From positions 79,014-143,013 of the forward strand of contig CALQOD010000001.1 in NCBI GenBank assembly GCA_943332105.1: a stretch of DNA of 64,000 bases, in the 5' to 3' direction. The position numbers and the translations under genes are program-made. The notes under the pieces were generated by a model that had not been told where the DNA came from, did no database searches, and saw only the letters and a program-made list of their open reading frames with translations. Below are positions 20,601 to 30,873 of this stretch, in pieces (within the stretch, counting starts at the first letter, position 1; every line of letters begins with the position of its first letter). The DNA comes from Chitinophaga pinensis. Its GTDB lineage: Bacteria; Bacteroidota; Bacteroidia; AKYH767-A; OLB10.

Positions 20601-21950
20601 ATGAACAAAATTCGTTCAAAAATAAAATCAATTCTTGACGGAGAAACCCAGACATTATTTAAAAATAGTGCATGGGTTTTTGTGTCTAATTCATATGGAA
20701 TATTATTAGCATTTCTGCGATCTATTGTTATCGCTCGTGGACTAGGTGCTGAAATCCTGGGTGTCTATTCTGTAATAATTGCCTTTGTTTTAACGATTCA
20801 GGAAATAATTAAACTTAATGTCCCATTAGGAGTGATAAAATTTGGTGCGCACTTTCTATCCAATAAATCACCTGAAAAACTAATAAGCTTACTTAAGAGA
20901 GGAATAACATATAGCATGCTATCTGCATTAGTTTCTGTTATTGTCATTGCAATAATTTCACACTTCTTTTACGATAACTTTTTTGATTTACAAGGACTGC
21001 AAAAGTTTGTAATACTTTTTGCTATAGTGAATGGAATATGTTTTTTAGACAATATTGGAAGAGCCGTATTAAAAATTTATTATCGTTTTAAAGTCAATTC
21101 AATTGTTCAGATGATTATGGACACCGTTGAGTTTTCTGCAATTGTGATTTGCATATATAACTTTCCAAATAATCTAGATTACTTTTTCTATACTTTAATC
21201 GCCACGAAGTTGCTAAATTCTTTAATTTGCAATTTATCGGTATTCATCGAATTAAGAAAAGAATTACTTCCCTATTTAAAATCACCTGTTAAAGCATTAG
21301 AAGATCAATATGCCGAAATTCGTCATTTTATTTTCGGCCATTCATTTGGAAACACATTAAAAACAGTGTTAAACCAAGGTGATGTACTTTTATTAAATTA
21401 TTGGGGTACCCACGCAGCAGTTGGACTTTATATAATATCAAAGAAATTAGCTTATGCTATTTTAGCAGTGACTGACCCATTAGTTACTTCTGTTTATCCA
21501 CAGTTTGCGCATTTGGTATCACAAAAAAAATTCCGAGAACTAAAACTAATGTTGAATAAAATCACGAAGTTGGCGTTGATTCCTGTCTCGTTTTTTCTTA
21601 TAATAGTATTCACTTTTAAAGGACAAATAATTACAATTATTTACGGCGAAGAATTTAGAGCAGCATCGAGTACGTTCTTTATCCATTTCATTGGAGCAGC
21701 TCAAGGATCATTATTCTTTTGGTGCTTACCAATAATTCAAGGCTTAGGACTCACCTATCTTCGCCTAAAAAGTTCTATAATTGCTATAATTATCGACCTG
21801 ATATTAGCATGGATGCTTACGCCACAATTCGGCGCGAATGGCGTAGCTATTGGTTTGTTGGCTGCCAACTTAATAACAACTTTCTATTTTGTATATTACT
21901 CCTATAAAAAAATAAATACAGAAATAAGTTTATCAAATTCTTCAATTTAG
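20601..21950 (+). CDS. wzx: Oligosaccharide flippase (Wzx / MOP superfamily polysaccharide biosynthesis protein)
   Basis: 449 aa, about 12 predicted TM helices, positioned directly after wzc. Confidence 0.75.
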   Translation: MNKIRSKIKSILDGETQTLFKNSAWVFVSNSYGILLAFLRSIVIARGLGAEILGVYSVIIAFVLTIQEIIKLNVPLGVIKFGAHFLSNKSPEKLISLLKRGITYSMLSALVSVIVIAIISHFFYDNFFDLQGLQKFVILFAIVNGICFLDNIGRAVLKIYYRFKVNSIVQMIMDTVEFSAIVICIYNFPNNLDYFFYTLIATKLLNSLICNLSVFIELRKELLPYLKSPVKALEDQYAEIRHFIFGHSFGNTLKTVLNQGDVLLLNYWGTHAAVGLYIISKKLAYAILAVTDPLVTSVYPQFAHLVSQKKFRELKLMLNKITKLALIPVSFFLIIVFTFKGQIITIIYGEEFRAASSTFFIHFIGAAQGSLFFWCLPIIQGLGLTYLRLKSSIIAIIIDLILAWMLTPQFGANGVAIGLLAANLITTFYFVYYSYKKINTEISLSNSSI

Positions 21951-21956
21951 TTTATT

Positions 21957-22700
21957 ATGTCTATTAAAAACGCTAGTGCAATCTCTGCAGCCATAAAACA
22001 TCCGTTAGCGGCCCTTGCCTTTAAACTTGGCAATAAAGCGGCCATGCATGATGCGTTGATACTTGACAGTGCAAATTATTTGTGGGGCAACGACACCGAT
22101 ATAAAAGGTTGGAAGAATGCTTTAGATGAGCTTAAAAACAATGATTTAATTGCACCAAACGAGAACAAACATCAGACAATAGTAGGAAATAATCTAAATA
22201 CTACTTTTGGTAAATGGATTTATTGTTGTATTCGAGTAACGAAACCAGAAACAGTCATTGAGACAGGAGTGGCACATGGATACTCATCTTGGATTATATT
22301 GAATGCCTTAAAGAAAAACAACAAAGGTATTTTGTATAGTATTGATTTACCAAACCACGATACAAACATCGATTATAATTTTAAAGACCAACCAACAACA
22401 GGATGGATGGTACCTGACGTTTTAAAAGATCGCTGGAAATTAAATTTGGGAGATGCTAAAATCTTATTGCCAACTTTATTAAAAGAAATCGGAGAATTAA
22501 GTATTTTCTTTCATGATAGTGACCATAGCTACGAACACATGAAATACGAGTTTGAAACTTCGCATCCTTTTTTTATGAATGGTGGATTATTATTGAGTGA
22601 CGATGTGCATAAAAACTCGGCATTTGCCGAACATGTGGAACACAATACATTAAAAGCACTACAATTTAACAAAGGCGGAGCCGCAATAATTAGAAAATAA
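21957..22700 (+). CDS. Class I SAM-dependent methyltransferase (CmcI/TylF-like, Methyltransf_24-type; probable sugar O-methyltransferase)
   Basis: Motif VIETGVAHGYSSWIILNAL followed by acidic motifs (YSIDL, FHDSDHS). Confidence 0.6.
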   Translation: MSIKNASAISAAIKHPLAALAFKLGNKAAMHDALILDSANYLWGNDTDIKGWKNALDELKNNDLIAPNENKHQTIVGNNLNTTFGKWIYCCIRVTKPETVIETGVAHGYSSWIILNALKKNNKGILYSIDLPNHDTNIDYNFKDQPTTGWMVPDVLKDRWKLNLGDAKILLPTLLKEIGELSIFFHDSDHSYEHMKYEFETSHPFFMNGGLLLSDDVHKNSAFAEHVEHNTLKALQFNKGGAAIIRK

Positions 22701-23870
22701 GTGGACACAGTTTATATCTACATATCACCTTACGATATTCTTCGTCCGAGAACGAACCAGGTAAGTGATGTTAGATTTTGCGATGGATTTATTCAGAACA
22801 ACCGAAAAATCCACCTTATTGTTCCCTATGTAAACAGGCCAGATAATATTTCCAAATCCGATGTATTTGAAAACTATGGGATATCCGATCAACTCGAAAT
22901 TCATTATTTAAATACAAATTTCAAATCGGATGTAAAAGGGAAATTAAATTTCTTGAAAATAGCATTTTTGAATTACTTCCAAATCAGAAAAATTATTAAG
23001 TCACAAAAGAATAATTATATTCTGATTTCCCGAAGTGTACTTATTTTACTGCCCTTAATGATGCTGAAGCTCTTACTGGGGAAAAACATTAAACTAGCCC
23101 ACTGGGCGCATGACTTTAGCAAGAAGAAAATTTTTCAGCAGACTTACTTGCGCTGTGATCGCATTATTGCTACGAATACCTCCATCATTCAATCCATTCA
23201 TCAATTAACAAAATACCCCTTAAATAAGACTATTATTTCATCAAACCCCATTACACAACAGCAAGCAGACTTTTCAATTGACAAAACAACCGCTCGATTA
23301 CATTTAGGAAGGAGTATGGAAGAAAAGCTGATTGTGTACACAGGGAAACTTGCCAAAGAATACAATCAAGAATTAGAATATATTTTAAATGCAGCTAAAC
23401 GATTACCTGATATGCAATTCGTTTTTACAGGTGGAAAACCATTAGCTGTTGAGTATTGGAAGGAACGTTGTAAGGAGCATCAAATAACTAACACAACATT
23501 CACTGGATACATTCACAATTATCAGGAAATTAAATATTATCAATTTGCTGCAGATGTTTTAGTATCATATTATACAAAACAGGGACATGATGTCAACTAT
23601 AATTTCCCAAATAAAATATGTGAGTATATGTTAACGGGAAATCCTATAATAACACCCAACTACCCTGCTACGCAAGATATATTAAATGAACATAACTGCT
23701 ATTTTGTAATGCCAGAAAATGAAGATGAACTGGCAAAGAAAATAAAGATGGCAATAGAAGATGTAGAGAAATCAACAAATATTGCAAAGCAAGCACGATT
23801 AGATGTGAAAAAAAACACCTTTAAAATACGAGTATCAAATATTATAGATTTTTTAGAAAGTAATGAATAA
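22701..23870 (+). CDS. Glycosyltransferase family 4 (GT-B)
   Basis: C-terminal GT1/GT4 motif (EYMLTGNPIITPNYPATQDIL). GTG start at 22701, or possibly an internal Met. The N-terminus is atypical. Confidence 0.6.
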   Translation: MDTVYIYISPYDILRPRTNQVSDVRFCDGFIQNNRKIHLIVPYVNRPDNISKSDVFENYGISDQLEIHYLNTNFKSDVKGKLNFLKIAFLNYFQIRKIIKSQKNNYILISRSVLILLPLMMLKLLLGKNIKLAHWAHDFSKKKIFQQTYLRCDRIIATNTSIIQSIHQLTKYPLNKTIISSNPITQQQADFSIDKTTARLHLGRSMEEKLIVYTGKLAKEYNQELEYILNAAKRLPDMQFVFTGGKPLAVEYWKERCKEHQITNTTFTGYIHNYQEIKYYQFAADVLVSYYTKQGHDVNYNFPNKICEYMLTGNPIITPNYPATQDILNEHNCYFVMPENEDELAKKIKMAIEDVEKSTNIAKQARLDVKKNTFKIRVSNIIDFLESNE

Positions 23871-24804
23871 CCTTTCAAAATATTTGAGCTTTGGTTATAC
23901 TAACCGAATTAGTAAATACCTATCAATGGTTTTACCAGATCGATTGATATTTTCATTCTTTGTAGAAAATCATATTTCAAAGAAACACACAATACAGAAG
24001 AACATTTACAATGTTGAGCTACAATCATTAAAATCGACAAATCAAATTACTAAAGAACTTCAAGATCTATGTAATAATTACAATTTTGAAAAATCAATTA
24101 TGCTTTCTGTTTTTGGTAGTATAGCAACTGAGGAAATTACCAATTACAGTGATTTTGATGGTGTTTTGATTTATGACGAGGAAAAATTCATTAATCATAT
24201 TTCAATAATAAATCTGAAGCGACTGATTGAGAAAATTAATTTAACAGCTCATTTGCAGGACAGCTTACAGCACCATAGAATATTAGTTTTTGGCAAACAC
24301 GAAATGATTAAGAAATCAGATGATGTTATAAATAATTTAATTACCGAATCTAAAGTAATTAATGGCACAAGTGAAATAAGTTTAAACAAGCATTCAAAAG
24401 CAGACTACGGCAGCTCACTAAAAAAACTAGTCCATAGTATTCAAAAAAAAATGATTCAGGAGCACCTATGGGAGAATCAATATTTCTTCAAAAATATGTT
24501 GAGCGAATTATTACTCCTACCTTGTTCATATTTACAATGTCAAAATAAAAAATACATTAGCAAAAAAGATAGTTTTGAAGCAATAAAAAGTGTGTTACAA
24601 CCGAATGAATTAGCACTTATTAGTAAACTTGAAGATATAAGAAAGAACTGGAAACAGAACGTGATAAATAAGTCTGATTTAAATAAAACTACAATTAAAA
24701 GCATTAAAGCTAATTCGAAAACACAATTGGAATTCATTGCAATTTTATCTGAAATCAAAATAGATTTATTGTTTCTTATTAAAAGATTAGAATCGAATGA
24801 TTAA
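23863..24804 (+). CDS. Pol-beta-superfamily nucleotidyltransferase-fold protein (GS-x12-DFD motif), function unknown
   Basis: The motif SVFGSIATEEITNYSDFDGVLIY matches the minimal NTase signature G[SG]-x9-13-D-h-[DE]. The ATG overlaps the upstream GT stop, and the stop overlaps the next gene start by ATGATTAA. Confidence 0.55.
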   Translation: MNNLSKYLSFGYTNRISKYLSMVLPDRLIFSFFVENHISKKHTIQKNIYNVELQSLKSTNQITKELQDLCNNYNFEKSIMLSVFGSIATEEITNYSDFDGVLIYDEEKFINHISIINLKRLIEKINLTAHLQDSLQHHRILVFGKHEMIKKSDDVINNLITESKVINGTSEISLNKHSKADYGSSLKKLVHSIQKKMIQEHLWENQYFFKNMLSELLLLPCSYLQCQNKKYISKKDSFEAIKSVLQPNELALISKLEDIRKNWKQNVINKSDLNKTTIKSIKANSKTQLEFIAILSEIKIDLLFLIKRLESND

Positions 24805-26197
24805 AATAGCTTTTATAATTGACAAAGAGTTTATGCATTCCTTAATTGAAAAATGCAGAAAAAAGCTGTTGTCAGATTTGAATTGCATTGTTTATAGTAT
24901 CCAATGGAATCACGATTTACGAAAAAACTTCCCTAAAGCAAATGAATATGATTTCGTAATTAATTTCTCAACTCATACGTTTTTTAAAAAAGATTACCAA
25001 TTCGACAATCTCATCCAAATTCCATTCATATCGAATTTAAGATCGGGAATATCAAGAGAATTATATCAAGGTATAATAAATAACGATGACTGTTTCTTGC
25101 TTAATACAATAAAATCGTTTACAGGCAAACAATCCTTTCAAATTCATGAACATCGATATTTAATAACTCATCATTCCTACAATCGTTCATTTATATTTAT
25201 CATTGATAAAATTCCATCATTAGTAATTGAATCTATCAAACGATATAAAAATGAAAATCAAATTATATGGCAGGATAATCATCCAAAGTCAATACATCTT
25301 GGGCAATATAGGCTCAAGATTTTTCTAAACAAATTAACGCATTACCTAAACACAGTATTTACCTATCATTATTGGAAAACAGGAATAATTGAAAATTCAA
25401 TATCCGATATAGCAAATAACAAATCACTTTTAAAACAAGTTCAATGGATAAACATAAAAAATAAACGTGATTTTATTGCGGACCCATTTGGCTTCACCAC
25501 TGCTAATGGAGAATATTTAATTTACGAGAAATTTAATTGGATAAAAAACAAAGGACATATTGAAGTAATTGAACGATTGACAAAGAAAGTTGTATTTAAA
25601 TTAAAAGCAGATTTTCATTTTAGTTATCCTTTTGTATTTGAAGAAGCTAATGAAATTTATATTATCCCTGAAACACACCAAACCAATTCGATAGATTTAT
25701 ACAAATGGAATGATGATAAACAGGAAATGCAACTAGTAAAATCAATCATTGATCATTTTCCCGGAGTTGATAATTCCATTTTAAAGCACGACAACAAATA
25801 CTGGCTTTTCTGCACAACATCAAAACACAAAATGGCAGACCACCAGTTGAACCTTTTTTATGCTGATGAACTAACTGGAGAATGGACACCACATCCTTTA
25901 AATCCTATTGTTACGTCAATCATAAGCTCAAGACCAGCAGGTAGCTTTATAAAAATAGATGGCAAAATAATACGGCCATCACAAAATAGCGGGAATACCT
26001 ATGGTGGCAAAATAGTTTTAAATGAAATAACAGAATTGACTGAAACTAATTATTCAGAAAAAAAAATCGAAGTAATTACACCAGAAGATTTTAAAAAAAG
26101 AAGTATAGTTGGCGTACATACAATCAGCTCAATAGGCAATTATACTTTAATTGATGCTAAATTCACAGGTTTTAAAATAGGCAAACTTCATTTCTAG
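24797..26197 (+). CDS. Hypothetical protein: N-terminal formyltransferase-like/Rossmann-like region + C-terminal GH43/GINT1-like beta-propeller-type domain
   Basis: 466 aa. The C-terminal half contains ADPFGF, YWLFCTT and LNLFYADELTGEWTPHPLNPI, resembling bacterial glucosamine inositolphosphorylceramide-transferase-like propeller proteins. This assignment is from memory and not verified. Confidence 0.35.
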   Translation: MIKIAFIIDKEFMHSLIEKCRKKLLSDLNCIVYSIQWNHDLRKNFPKANEYDFVINFSTHTFFKKDYQFDNLIQIPFISNLRSGISRELYQGIINNDDCFLLNTIKSFTGKQSFQIHEHRYLITHHSYNRSFIFIIDKIPSLVIESIKRYKNENQIIWQDNHPKSIHLGQYRLKIFLNKLTHYLNTVFTYHYWKTGIIENSISDIANNKSLLKQVQWINIKNKRDFIADPFGFTTANGEYLIYEKFNWIKNKGHIEVIERLTKKVVFKLKADFHFSYPFVFEEANEIYIIPETHQTNSIDLYKWNDDKQEMQLVKSIIDHFPGVDNSILKHDNKYWLFCTTSKHKMADHQLNLFYADELTGEWTPHPLNPIVTSIISSRPAGSFIKIDGKIIRPSQNSGNTYGGKIVLNEITELTETNYSEKKIEVITPEDFKKRSIVGVHTISSIGNYTLIDAKFTGFKIGKLHF

Positions 26198-26198
26198 T

Positions 26199-27176
26199 AT
26201 GCAGATCATTAATTATCCTTTAACTGGTTATCAAAAAGAAGATTATTATCATTTGTATGATAAGGTTGTTAGTTTGTTAAAGAATAACAATGATGTTAAA
26301 TGCATTTGCACTTTTGGAGGTGTTAATCAGCCAGGCATATCAGATATTGACCTTCTGATTGTTTTTAAAAATGGCAGCTCTTTTAGTGGTGATATCGTAT
26401 CAGATTTAAGCGCTAAAGAAAAATCCTTGTTTACTCATGGTGTTATGGCCTTGTCCGAACAACATTGGTTTCAGAACAAAGCCTACGCATTGTGGGATAA
26501 TCAAAAAATTATTTTTGGCACAGAACCAATAGGTAATATAATAAAAATGAATGATGATGAATTACGAATAATAAAAAAGGAAACCGCACTAGAGTTTTTT
26601 TATACTAACTATATAGACTTGACATTGCAAAAAGAATACGGAATAATAAAATTAAGAGACACCTTACAACATACAAAAGGTCTTGTTTACGACCTAGATT
26701 ATTTAAACATAAGCAACTCACCAATCGATAACTATATTTCGAAGGCGAAAGGATGGATTGACAATTGGCACATTTTACAACCTACGAATTCAGAAATAAT
26801 TATTTGGTTTATAAAATTCTATGATGCATATTCTTTGTTTTTAATTGAAATTTTTAAGCATAATAGAATTTTTCTTTCTGATAAACTAACGCGATTATTT
26901 GCTAAGAATATTCTATTAACCAATTCAGATACTATTTCTTATAAACGAAAAGGAATAAAAGCCCCTTCCATACTCTACCCTATTCTCCAAAAGCGAACAT
27001 TAAAAATATCGAATAAACTAAATAAATTTGAATTTTTCATACCTTCAACTAATCGACCTGAAAACTTTATTTTAGAAAAGAGAATCGCCTTTTTTAGTGA
27101 AATGAAAAAATATAACCAACAACATTTTCCTAAATTAGGATTATTAACTACTAGCTTAATGTCAAAATTAGTTTAA
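26199..27176 (+). CDS. Pol-beta-superfamily nucleotidyltransferase-fold protein (GG-x7-SDIDL motif), function unknown
   Basis: The motif CTFGGVNQPGISDIDLLIVF matches PF01909-like NTase motifs. It is tightly coupled to its neighbours. Confidence 0.55.
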   Translation: MQIINYPLTGYQKEDYYHLYDKVVSLLKNNNDVKCICTFGGVNQPGISDIDLLIVFKNGSSFSGDIVSDLSAKEKSLFTHGVMALSEQHWFQNKAYALWDNQKIIFGTEPIGNIIKMNDDELRIIKKETALEFFYTNYIDLTLQKEYGIIKLRDTLQHTKGLVYDLDYLNISNSPIDNYISKAKGWIDNWHILQPTNSEIIIWFIKFYDAYSLFLIEIFKHNRIFLSDKLTRLFAKNILLTNSDTISYKRKGIKAPSILYPILQKRTLKISNKLNKFEFFIPSTNRPENFILEKRIAFFSEMKKYNQQHFPKLGLLTTSLMSKLV

Positions 27177-27178
27177 TT

Positions 27179-27895
27179 ATGGATTTTAAAAACCCGGGAG
27201 CATTAATAGAGGATAATTGGAGATTAAGTTTCCTGAAAAATTATTTCAAAAAAAATTCGTTTAAAAATGCAACTCTTCTTGACCTAGGCTGCGGATCTAG
27301 ACCTTATTATAATATTTACTCTAATTATTTCGAGAAAACAATTGGTGCTGATTTGGCCGGTATGCCCTTTCCTCAAAAGGCAATTGATATTTATTGTCCC
27401 GCAACCGATGTACCTATGCCTGACGAAAGTGTGGATTGTATACTATGTACTGAAGTAATGCATGACATAAAAGAACCCTCGGAACTAATTAACGAATGCT
27501 ATCGATTATTGAAAAAAGGAGGAATACTAATTTTAACAACGCCTTATCTAGTACCAATTGCTGATGGACAATGGGACAACTATCGATTTACAAAATACGG
27601 ATTAAAATATGTTATTGAGAAAGGAGGCTTTAATGAACTTGAAATAATTCCCGTTAGCGATGTAGTTGGTGCAGGAATCACACTTCTTGTTAAACCAGTA
27701 TTGCGCTTTTGGAATTTATTAGCTAAAGCAACACGTATCAATTTCTTTCGTCAATGGTATAATCCCTTGCTGTTTATTTCCGTAATGATTCCTCAATTAC
27801 TTTACATGACTTTACGACCATTACCTATTTTTAAATCAATGCTAAAAAAATTCAGCTACGGACCAATAGGTTATATTACGGTTTCAAAAAAATAA
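27179..27895 (+). CDS. Class I SAM-dependent methyltransferase (Methyltransf_11/23-like)
   Basis: Motif I LLDLGCGSRPYY, an acidic post-I residue (IGADL) and motif II (CILCTEVMH). Confidence 0.7.
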   Translation: MDFKNPGALIEDNWRLSFLKNYFKKNSFKNATLLDLGCGSRPYYNIYSNYFEKTIGADLAGMPFPQKAIDIYCPATDVPMPDESVDCILCTEVMHDIKEPSELINECYRLLKKGGILILTTPYLVPIADGQWDNYRFTKYGLKYVIEKGGFNELEIIPVSDVVGAGITLLVKPVLRFWNLLAKATRINFFRQWYNPLLFISVMIPQLLYMTLRPLPIFKSMLKKFSYGPIGYITVSKK

Positions 27896-27896
27896 G

Positions 27897-28973
27897 ATGA
27901 AGGTTTTACATATCATTTGGTCGTCGAATATTGGAGGGATAGAAAGTGTTGTGCTTAACTTAGCCATTGCACAACAAAAAAACGGCGATATAAAGCCAGT
28001 CCTTTTCGCGGCAAAATCAGAAGGCCCATTGATTGAAAAAGCGAAAGAAAAAAACATAGAACTATTAAAAGGTAATTTTAAAAAAGGAAGCAGCAATATT
28101 TCAAAACTAAATGAATGTGTGAAATTATTTAGCCAATTTGACATATTACATCTTCACTCATTCAACCCTGTAATTGCATTAGCAGCTATTCTTTCAAAAC
28201 GAAAAATAGTTTTTACCGAACATGGCAACTTTGCATTCGAAAGAAAGCAAGGATTATTAGAGCTTATTTCAAAAAAGCTTCAGGAATTATTCTTAAATAA
28301 ATTCACGCAACATATTACATTTAACTCCAACTTTTCAAAAACAACAGCAATCGTAAGATATCACCTAAATAAAAATTCATTAAGTGTGGTTTATAACGGT
28401 TGCGACTTACCACTTTTGAATAGTGAAGTTTATGAAACTTCGGATATAATTCGAATTGGGTTTGTAGGGAGATTGGTGGAAGTCAAAAGAGTTGACCGAA
28501 TACTTGAATCGATCGCAGCCATCAAAAACAAATCGAAAATAATAGTCGAACTAATTGGTGATGGTCCACAGATGAAAAATATTTCACAACAAATATCAAA
28601 ATATAATTTAACCGATACTGTTCAACTGTTAGGCTTCAAAAACGAATTATCAAATTATTATAACCAATGGGACTTATTAATTGCACCTTCATCCAACGAA
28701 GCATTTGGTCTGGTAGCCATTGAAGCCTATTCGCATGGTTGCGCAGTAGCTGTATTTAATGATGGTGGCGGGTTGGCAGAATTAGTAAATCAGTGTGAAC
28801 CTACTATGATTTTTGATACCACGTACGATCTAACTGTTTTTATTGATTCGTTAATTGAAAAATCTATCGACATTAATAAAACAAGTCTTCGAAATCATCG
28901 ACGCGCATTTTCTCAGAAATTCTCAATAGCCCAAATGGAATCCTCTATTAAACAAGTTTACTTATCTTTATAA
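27897..28973 (+). CDS. Glycosyltransferase family 4
   Basis: N-terminal GT4 motif (KVLHIIWSSNIGGIESVV) and a C-terminal EAFGLVAIEAYSHGCAV motif. Confidence 0.75.
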   Translation: MKVLHIIWSSNIGGIESVVLNLAIAQQKNGDIKPVLFAAKSEGPLIEKAKEKNIELLKGNFKKGSSNISKLNECVKLFSQFDILHLHSFNPVIALAAILSKRKIVFTEHGNFAFERKQGLLELISKKLQELFLNKFTQHITFNSNFSKTTAIVRYHLNKNSLSVVYNGCDLPLLNSEVYETSDIIRIGFVGRLVEVKRVDRILESIAAIKNKSKIIVELIGDGPQMKNISQQISKYNLTDTVQLLGFKNELSNYYNQWDLLIAPSSNEAFGLVAIEAYSHGCAVAVFNDGGGLAELVNQCEPTMIFDTTYDLTVFIDSLIEKSIDINKTSLRNHRRAFSQKFSIAQMESSIKQVYLSL

Positions 28974-28974
28974 C

Positions 28975-30873
28975 GTGTGTGGAATTAATGGATTTATGAT
29001 GTTAGGTGATCAATTGCCAATTGAGGCAAGCGAGTACCTGTTACGCATGAATCAATCGATTAAGCATAGAGGGCCTGATGATCAAGGCACCTTTATAAAT
29101 ATAGACAAGGGGCTTGCACTTGGGCATTTACGATTAAGTATTATTGATTTATCGGAGGCTGGACATCAACCTATGTTTGATGAGCGAGGGAATTGCATTG
29201 TTTTTAATGGTGAAATTTATAATTATCAAACTATAAAAAAAGAAATCGCCGATTGCAAATTTAAATCTGATAGCGATACAGAAGTATTACTACAACTTTA
29301 TCAACGGGAAGGTCATAGCGCATTACATAAGCTAAATGGAATGTTTGCATTTGCCTATTTCGATAATAAAAACAATGTACTGAAATTAGCGAGAGACAGA
29401 GCAGGAAAGAAACCTCTTTACTATTCTACCATGGGAGGTGTGTTTTCATTCTCATCTGAAATAAAAGCACTGCTTGAATTACCCTGGATAAAAAAAGAAC
29501 TTGACGAAGAAGCACTCTACCATTTCTTAACTTTTAACCATGTTGATGCGCCTTCTACATTTTTCAAAGGAATTAAAAAACTTGGAGCGGGTGAATGTAT
29601 GACAGTTAGTAATAATGGAATTGTAGAACATAAAAATTATTATCAGATCGATTATCAAAATCTTAATTCATTTAGTGAAAATGAAATCAAATCAACACTT
29701 TTTAAAAAGCTAGAAAGTGCTGTTGACTTAAGAATGGTAGCAGATGTACCCGTTGGTGCGTTCTTAAGTGGGGGTGTTGACTCAAGTGCAGTAGTTGCCT
29801 TAATGCGTGCAAAATCGGCCGGAACAATAAAAACATTTTCAGTAGGCTTTGAAGGGCAACCTGACTACGATGAAAGAATATATGCTCAAAAAATCTCAAA
29901 GCAATTTAACACTGAGCATTATGAAAAAATAGTTGGGAAAGAAGATATAGAAAATTTCCTGCCTTCTATTGTTTCTATTTTTGATGAACCAATGGCTGAT
30001 GCTACTTGTATACCTGTATATTTCATTTCTGAATTAGCAAGAAAGCATAATACGATTGTTGTACAAACGGGGGATGGTGCTGATGAATTGCTCGCAGGAT
30101 ATAATAGCTGGCAAAAATATGAACAGATTTATCCATATTATAATCTACTTAACAAACTTCCTAATTCTATTTTAAAATTAGCATCTTCAACAATTGGATA
30201 TGACGATAATAAAACGGGATTACGAGAAATTATTTATCGAGCATCAAAAAATCAGGAGTTGTTTTGGGGCGGTGCTAAAGCATTTAAAGAAAGTACAAAA
30301 AAACAAATCCTTTCAAACGAGTTCTTACAAGAGCATTTCGATTTTGATTCGTATTCCGTAATTAAAAAACACCTCGAGGAGTTTCAAAAGATTAAGCAAA
30401 AAAATAGTTGGCTTAGCGATAAAGACTGGCTGTGTTATTTAGGTTATAAATATTTAATTCCTGCCAAGTATCTTTATAGGATGGATCGAATTGGAATGGC
30501 GCACAGTATTGAGATAAGAACTCCTTTTTTAGATTACGAGTTCGTAAACTATGCATTATCTATTCCCTACTCGCTAAAATCAAAAAATAAAATCCCCAAA
30601 TACATCTTAAAAAAATCACTCGAGCAGACCTTGCCACATGATATTCTTTATAGAAAAAAAATGGGCTTTTGCGTTCCTTTAAAAGAGTGGTCGCAAGATA
30701 TAATAATCAGAAATATTGAAGATGAACTGAGCAGCTTTTGTAAGAACACTTCATTTTTTAATGAGGAAGGATTGCGTAACCAGATAAAATCTATGAAGCA
30801 CGGTAATAAAGATTATACTAATAATCTTTGGACAATTTACTTTATCATGCAATGGTTTAAAAAATGGATGTAA
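28975..30873 (+). CDS. Asparagine synthase (glutamine-hydrolysing)-family amidotransferase, polysaccharide-associated (WbpS-like)
   Basis: Ntn Cys at position 2 (MCGINGF), the asparagine synthetase domain PP-loop SGGVDSS and a length of 632 aa. GTG start. Confidence 0.8.
   Translation: MCGINGFMMLGDQLPIEASEYLLRMNQSIKHRGPDDQGTFINIDKGLALGHLRLSIIDLSEAGHQPMFDERGNCIVFNGEIYNYQTIKKEIADCKFKSDSDTEVLLQLYQREGHSALHKLNGMFAFAYFDNKNNVLKLARDRAGKKPLYYSTMGGVFSFSSEIKALLELPWIKKELDEEALYHFLTFNHVDAPSTFFKGIKKLGAGECMTVSNNGIVEHKNYYQIDYQNLNSFSENEIKSTLFKKLESAVDLRMVADVPVGAFLSGGVDSSAVVALMRAKSAGTIKTFSVGFEGQPDYDERIYAQKISKQFNTEHYEKIVGKEDIENFLPSIVSIFDEPMADATCIPVYFISELARKHNTIVVQTGDGADELLAGYNSWQKYEQIYPYYNLLNKLPNSILKLASSTIGYDDNKTGLREIIYRASKNQELFWGGAKAFKESTKKQILSNEFLQEHFDFDSYSVIKKHLEEFQKIKQKNSWLSDKDWLCYLGYKYLIPAKYLYRMDRIGMAHSIEIRTPFLDYEFVNYALSIPYSLKSKNKIPKYILKKSLEQTLPHDILYRKKMGFCVPLKEWSQDIIIRNIEDELSSFCKNTSFFNEEGLRNQIKSMKHGNKDYTNNLWTIYFIMQWFKKWM

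Noticed and set aside
23863-24804. HEPN-like R-x6-H (HRILVFGKH) downstream of the NTase domain, which would suggest an MNT-HEPN toxin-antitoxin-like module.
   Set aside because: A single short motif in a 313-aa protein is weak evidence. Protein size and operon context fit a glycan-modifying enzyme better. It is left as a note inside the NTase finding.
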